Shown here: positions 61,778 through 64,000 of the stretch, piece after piece
Position numbering within the stretch: the stretch's first letter is position 1
Layout: each line of letters starts with the position of its first letter
NCBI GenBank assembly: GCA_030390025.1
Contig: CM059431.1
Location: 99,760,001-99,824,000, forward strand
DNA length: 64,000 bases
DNA from: Squalus acanthias
Lineage: Eukaryota
Reading direction: 5' to 3'
Notes under the pieces: model-generated
Databases searched by the model: none
Seen by the model: the letters and a program-made list of their open reading frames with translations, nothing else
What the model was told of the DNA's origin: nothing
Translations under genes and position numbers: made by a program

Positions 61778-64000
61778 ATAATCTGTTTTTTAGTGATGTT
61801 GATTGAGGGGTAAATATTGTCCACAACACTAGAGATAATGCCCCTGCTCTTCTTCGAAAAATGCCACGGGATCTTTTACGTCCACCTGAGAGAGCAGACA
61901 GGACCTCAGTTTAACGTCTCATCCGAAAGACGGCCCCTCCGACAGTGCAGCTCTCCCTCAGTACTGCACCTCCGACAATGCAGCGCTCCCTCAGTACTGT
62001 CCCTCCGACAATGCGGTGCTCCCTCAGCAATGCCCCTCTGACAGTGCGGCGCTCCCTCAGTACTGCCCCTTCGACAGTGCGGCGCTCCCTCAGCAATGCC
62101 CCTCCGACAGTGCAGCGCTCCCTCAGTACTGCACCTCCGACAGTGCGGCGCTCCCTCAGTACTGCCCCTCCGACAGTGCGCGTCTCCCTCAGTACTGCCC
62201 CTCCGACAGTGCAGCACTCCCTCAGTACTGCACCTCCGACAGTGCAGCGCTCCCTCAGTATTGCCCCTCCGACAGTGCGGGGCTCCCTCAGTACTGCCCC
62301 TCCGACAGTGCGGCACTCCGTCAGTACTGCCCCTCTGACAGTGCGGCGCTCCCCCAGTACTGTCCCTCCGACAGTGCGGCGCTCCCTCAGTACTGCCCCT
62401 CCGACAGTGCAGCGCTCCCTCAGTACTGCCCCTCCGACAGTGTGGCACTCCCTCAGTACTGCCCCTCCGACAGTGCAGCGCTCCCTCAGCACTGCCCCTC
62501 CGACAGTGCGGCGCTCTCACAGTACCGCCCCTCCAACAGTGCAGCGATCCCTCAGCACTGCCCCTCCAACAGTGCAGTGCTCCCTCATTACTGTCCCTCC
62601 AACACTGCGGCGCTCCCTCATTACTGCCCCTCCGACAGTGCGGCGCTCCCTCAGTACTGGACCTCTGACAGTGCAGCACTCCCTCAGTACTGCACCTCTG
62701 ACAGTGCAGCGCTCCCTCAGTGCCGCCCCCCCGACAGTGCGGCGCTCCCTCAGTACTGCCCCTCCGACAGTGCGGCGCTGCGTCAGTACTGCCCCTCCGA
62801 CAGTGCGGGGCTCCCTCAGTACTGCCCCTCCGACAGTGCAGCGCTCCCTCAGCACTGCCCCTCCGACAGTGCGGCGCTCTCTCAGTACTGCCCCTCCAAA
62901 AGTGCAGCGTTCCCTCAGCACTGCCCTTCCGACAGTGCAGCGCTCCCTCAGCACTGCCCCTCCGACAGTGCGGCACTCCCTAAGTACTGGCCCTTCGACA
63001 GTGCGGTGCTCCCTCAGCAATGCCCCTCTGACAGTGCGGCGCTCCCTCAGTACTGCCCCTTCGACAGTGCGGCGCTCCCTCAGCAATGCCCCTCCGACAG
63101 TGCAGCGCTCCCTCAGTACTGCACCTCCGACAGTGCGGCGCTCCCTCAGTACTGCCCCTCCGACAGTGCGCGTCTCCCTCAGTACTGCCCCTCCGACAGT
63201 GCAGCACTCCCTCAGTACTGCACCTCCGACAGTGCAGCGCTCCCTCAGTACTGCCCCTCCGACAGTGCGGGGCTCCCTCAGTACTGCCCCTCCGACAGTG
63301 CGGCACTCCGTCAGTACTGCCCCTCTGACAGTGCGGCGCTCCCCCAGTACTGTCCCTCCGACAGTGCGGCGCTCCCTCAGTACTGCCCCTCCGACAGTGC
63401 AGCGCTCCCTCAGTACTGCCCCTCCGACAGTGTGGCACTCCCTCAGTACTGCCCCTCCGACAGTGCAGCGCTCCCTCAGCACTGCCCCTCCGACAGTGCG
63501 GCGCTCTCTCAGTACCGCCCCTCCAACAGTGCAGCGATCCCTCAGCACTGCCCCTCCAACAGTGCAGTGCTCCCTCATTACTGTCCCTCCAACACTGCGG
63601 CGCTCCCTCATTACTGCCCCTCCGACAGTGCGGCGCTCCCTCAGTACTGGACCTCTGACAGTGCAGCACTCCCTCAGTACTGCACCTCTGACAGTGCAGC
63701 GCTCCCTCAGTGCCGCCCCCCCGACAGTGCGGCGCTCCCTCAGTACTGCCCCTCCGACAGTGCGGTGCTGCGTCAGTACTGCCCCTCCGACAGTGCGGGG
63801 CTCCCTCAGTACTGCCCCTCCGACAGTGCGGCACTCCGTCAGTACTGCCCCTCTGACAGTGCGGCGCTCCCTCAGTACTGCCCCTCTGACAGTGCGGCAC
63901 TCCCTCAGTACTGCCCCTCCGACAGTGCAGCGCTCCCTCAGCACTGCCCCTCCGACAGTGCGGCGCTCTCTCAGTACTGCCCCTCCAAAAGTGCAGCGTT
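61778..64000 (-). mobile_element. DeuSINE with long 33-bp array (61933 to beyond the window end, more than 60 units)
   Basis: Partial Deu domain followed by tandem 33-mers with a 990-bp higher-order duplication. Confidence 0.87.

Overview
Eukaryotic, repeat-dominated DNA, almost certainly from a cartilaginous fish (shark-type HE1 V-SINEs, SacSINE1-type DeuSINEs and shark-type CR1 LINEs). I cannot confidently support any host protein-coding gene, rRNA, tRNA gene or CRISPR array; the window looks intronic or intergenic. It holds many CR1 and L2 LINE fragments (one near-complete CR1 with SGNH ORF1 and EN-RT ORF2), a second CR1-group LINE family, a decayed RTE, about 13 DeuSINEs (six with an internal 33-bp unit expanded into minisatellites, one with a 990-bp higher-order repeat) and an 18-bp G-rich satellite. 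The clearest system is PIF/Harbinger. It comprises one full-length but mutated 4.1-kb element (12-bp TIRs, ATG TSD, convergent Myb/SANT and HARBI1-type genes), a Myb-only deletion derivative, and several ~0.7-kb non-autonomous elements. One of these keeps the same TATA-CRE-TIR spacing as the full element. A 187-bp insert with a perfect 67-bp inverted repeat, a 12-bp TSD and a hammerhead-ribozyme-like core (Penelope-like) sits inside a LINE inside a SINE. Family names come from my recognition of motifs, not from database searches, and fragment boundaries are approximate.
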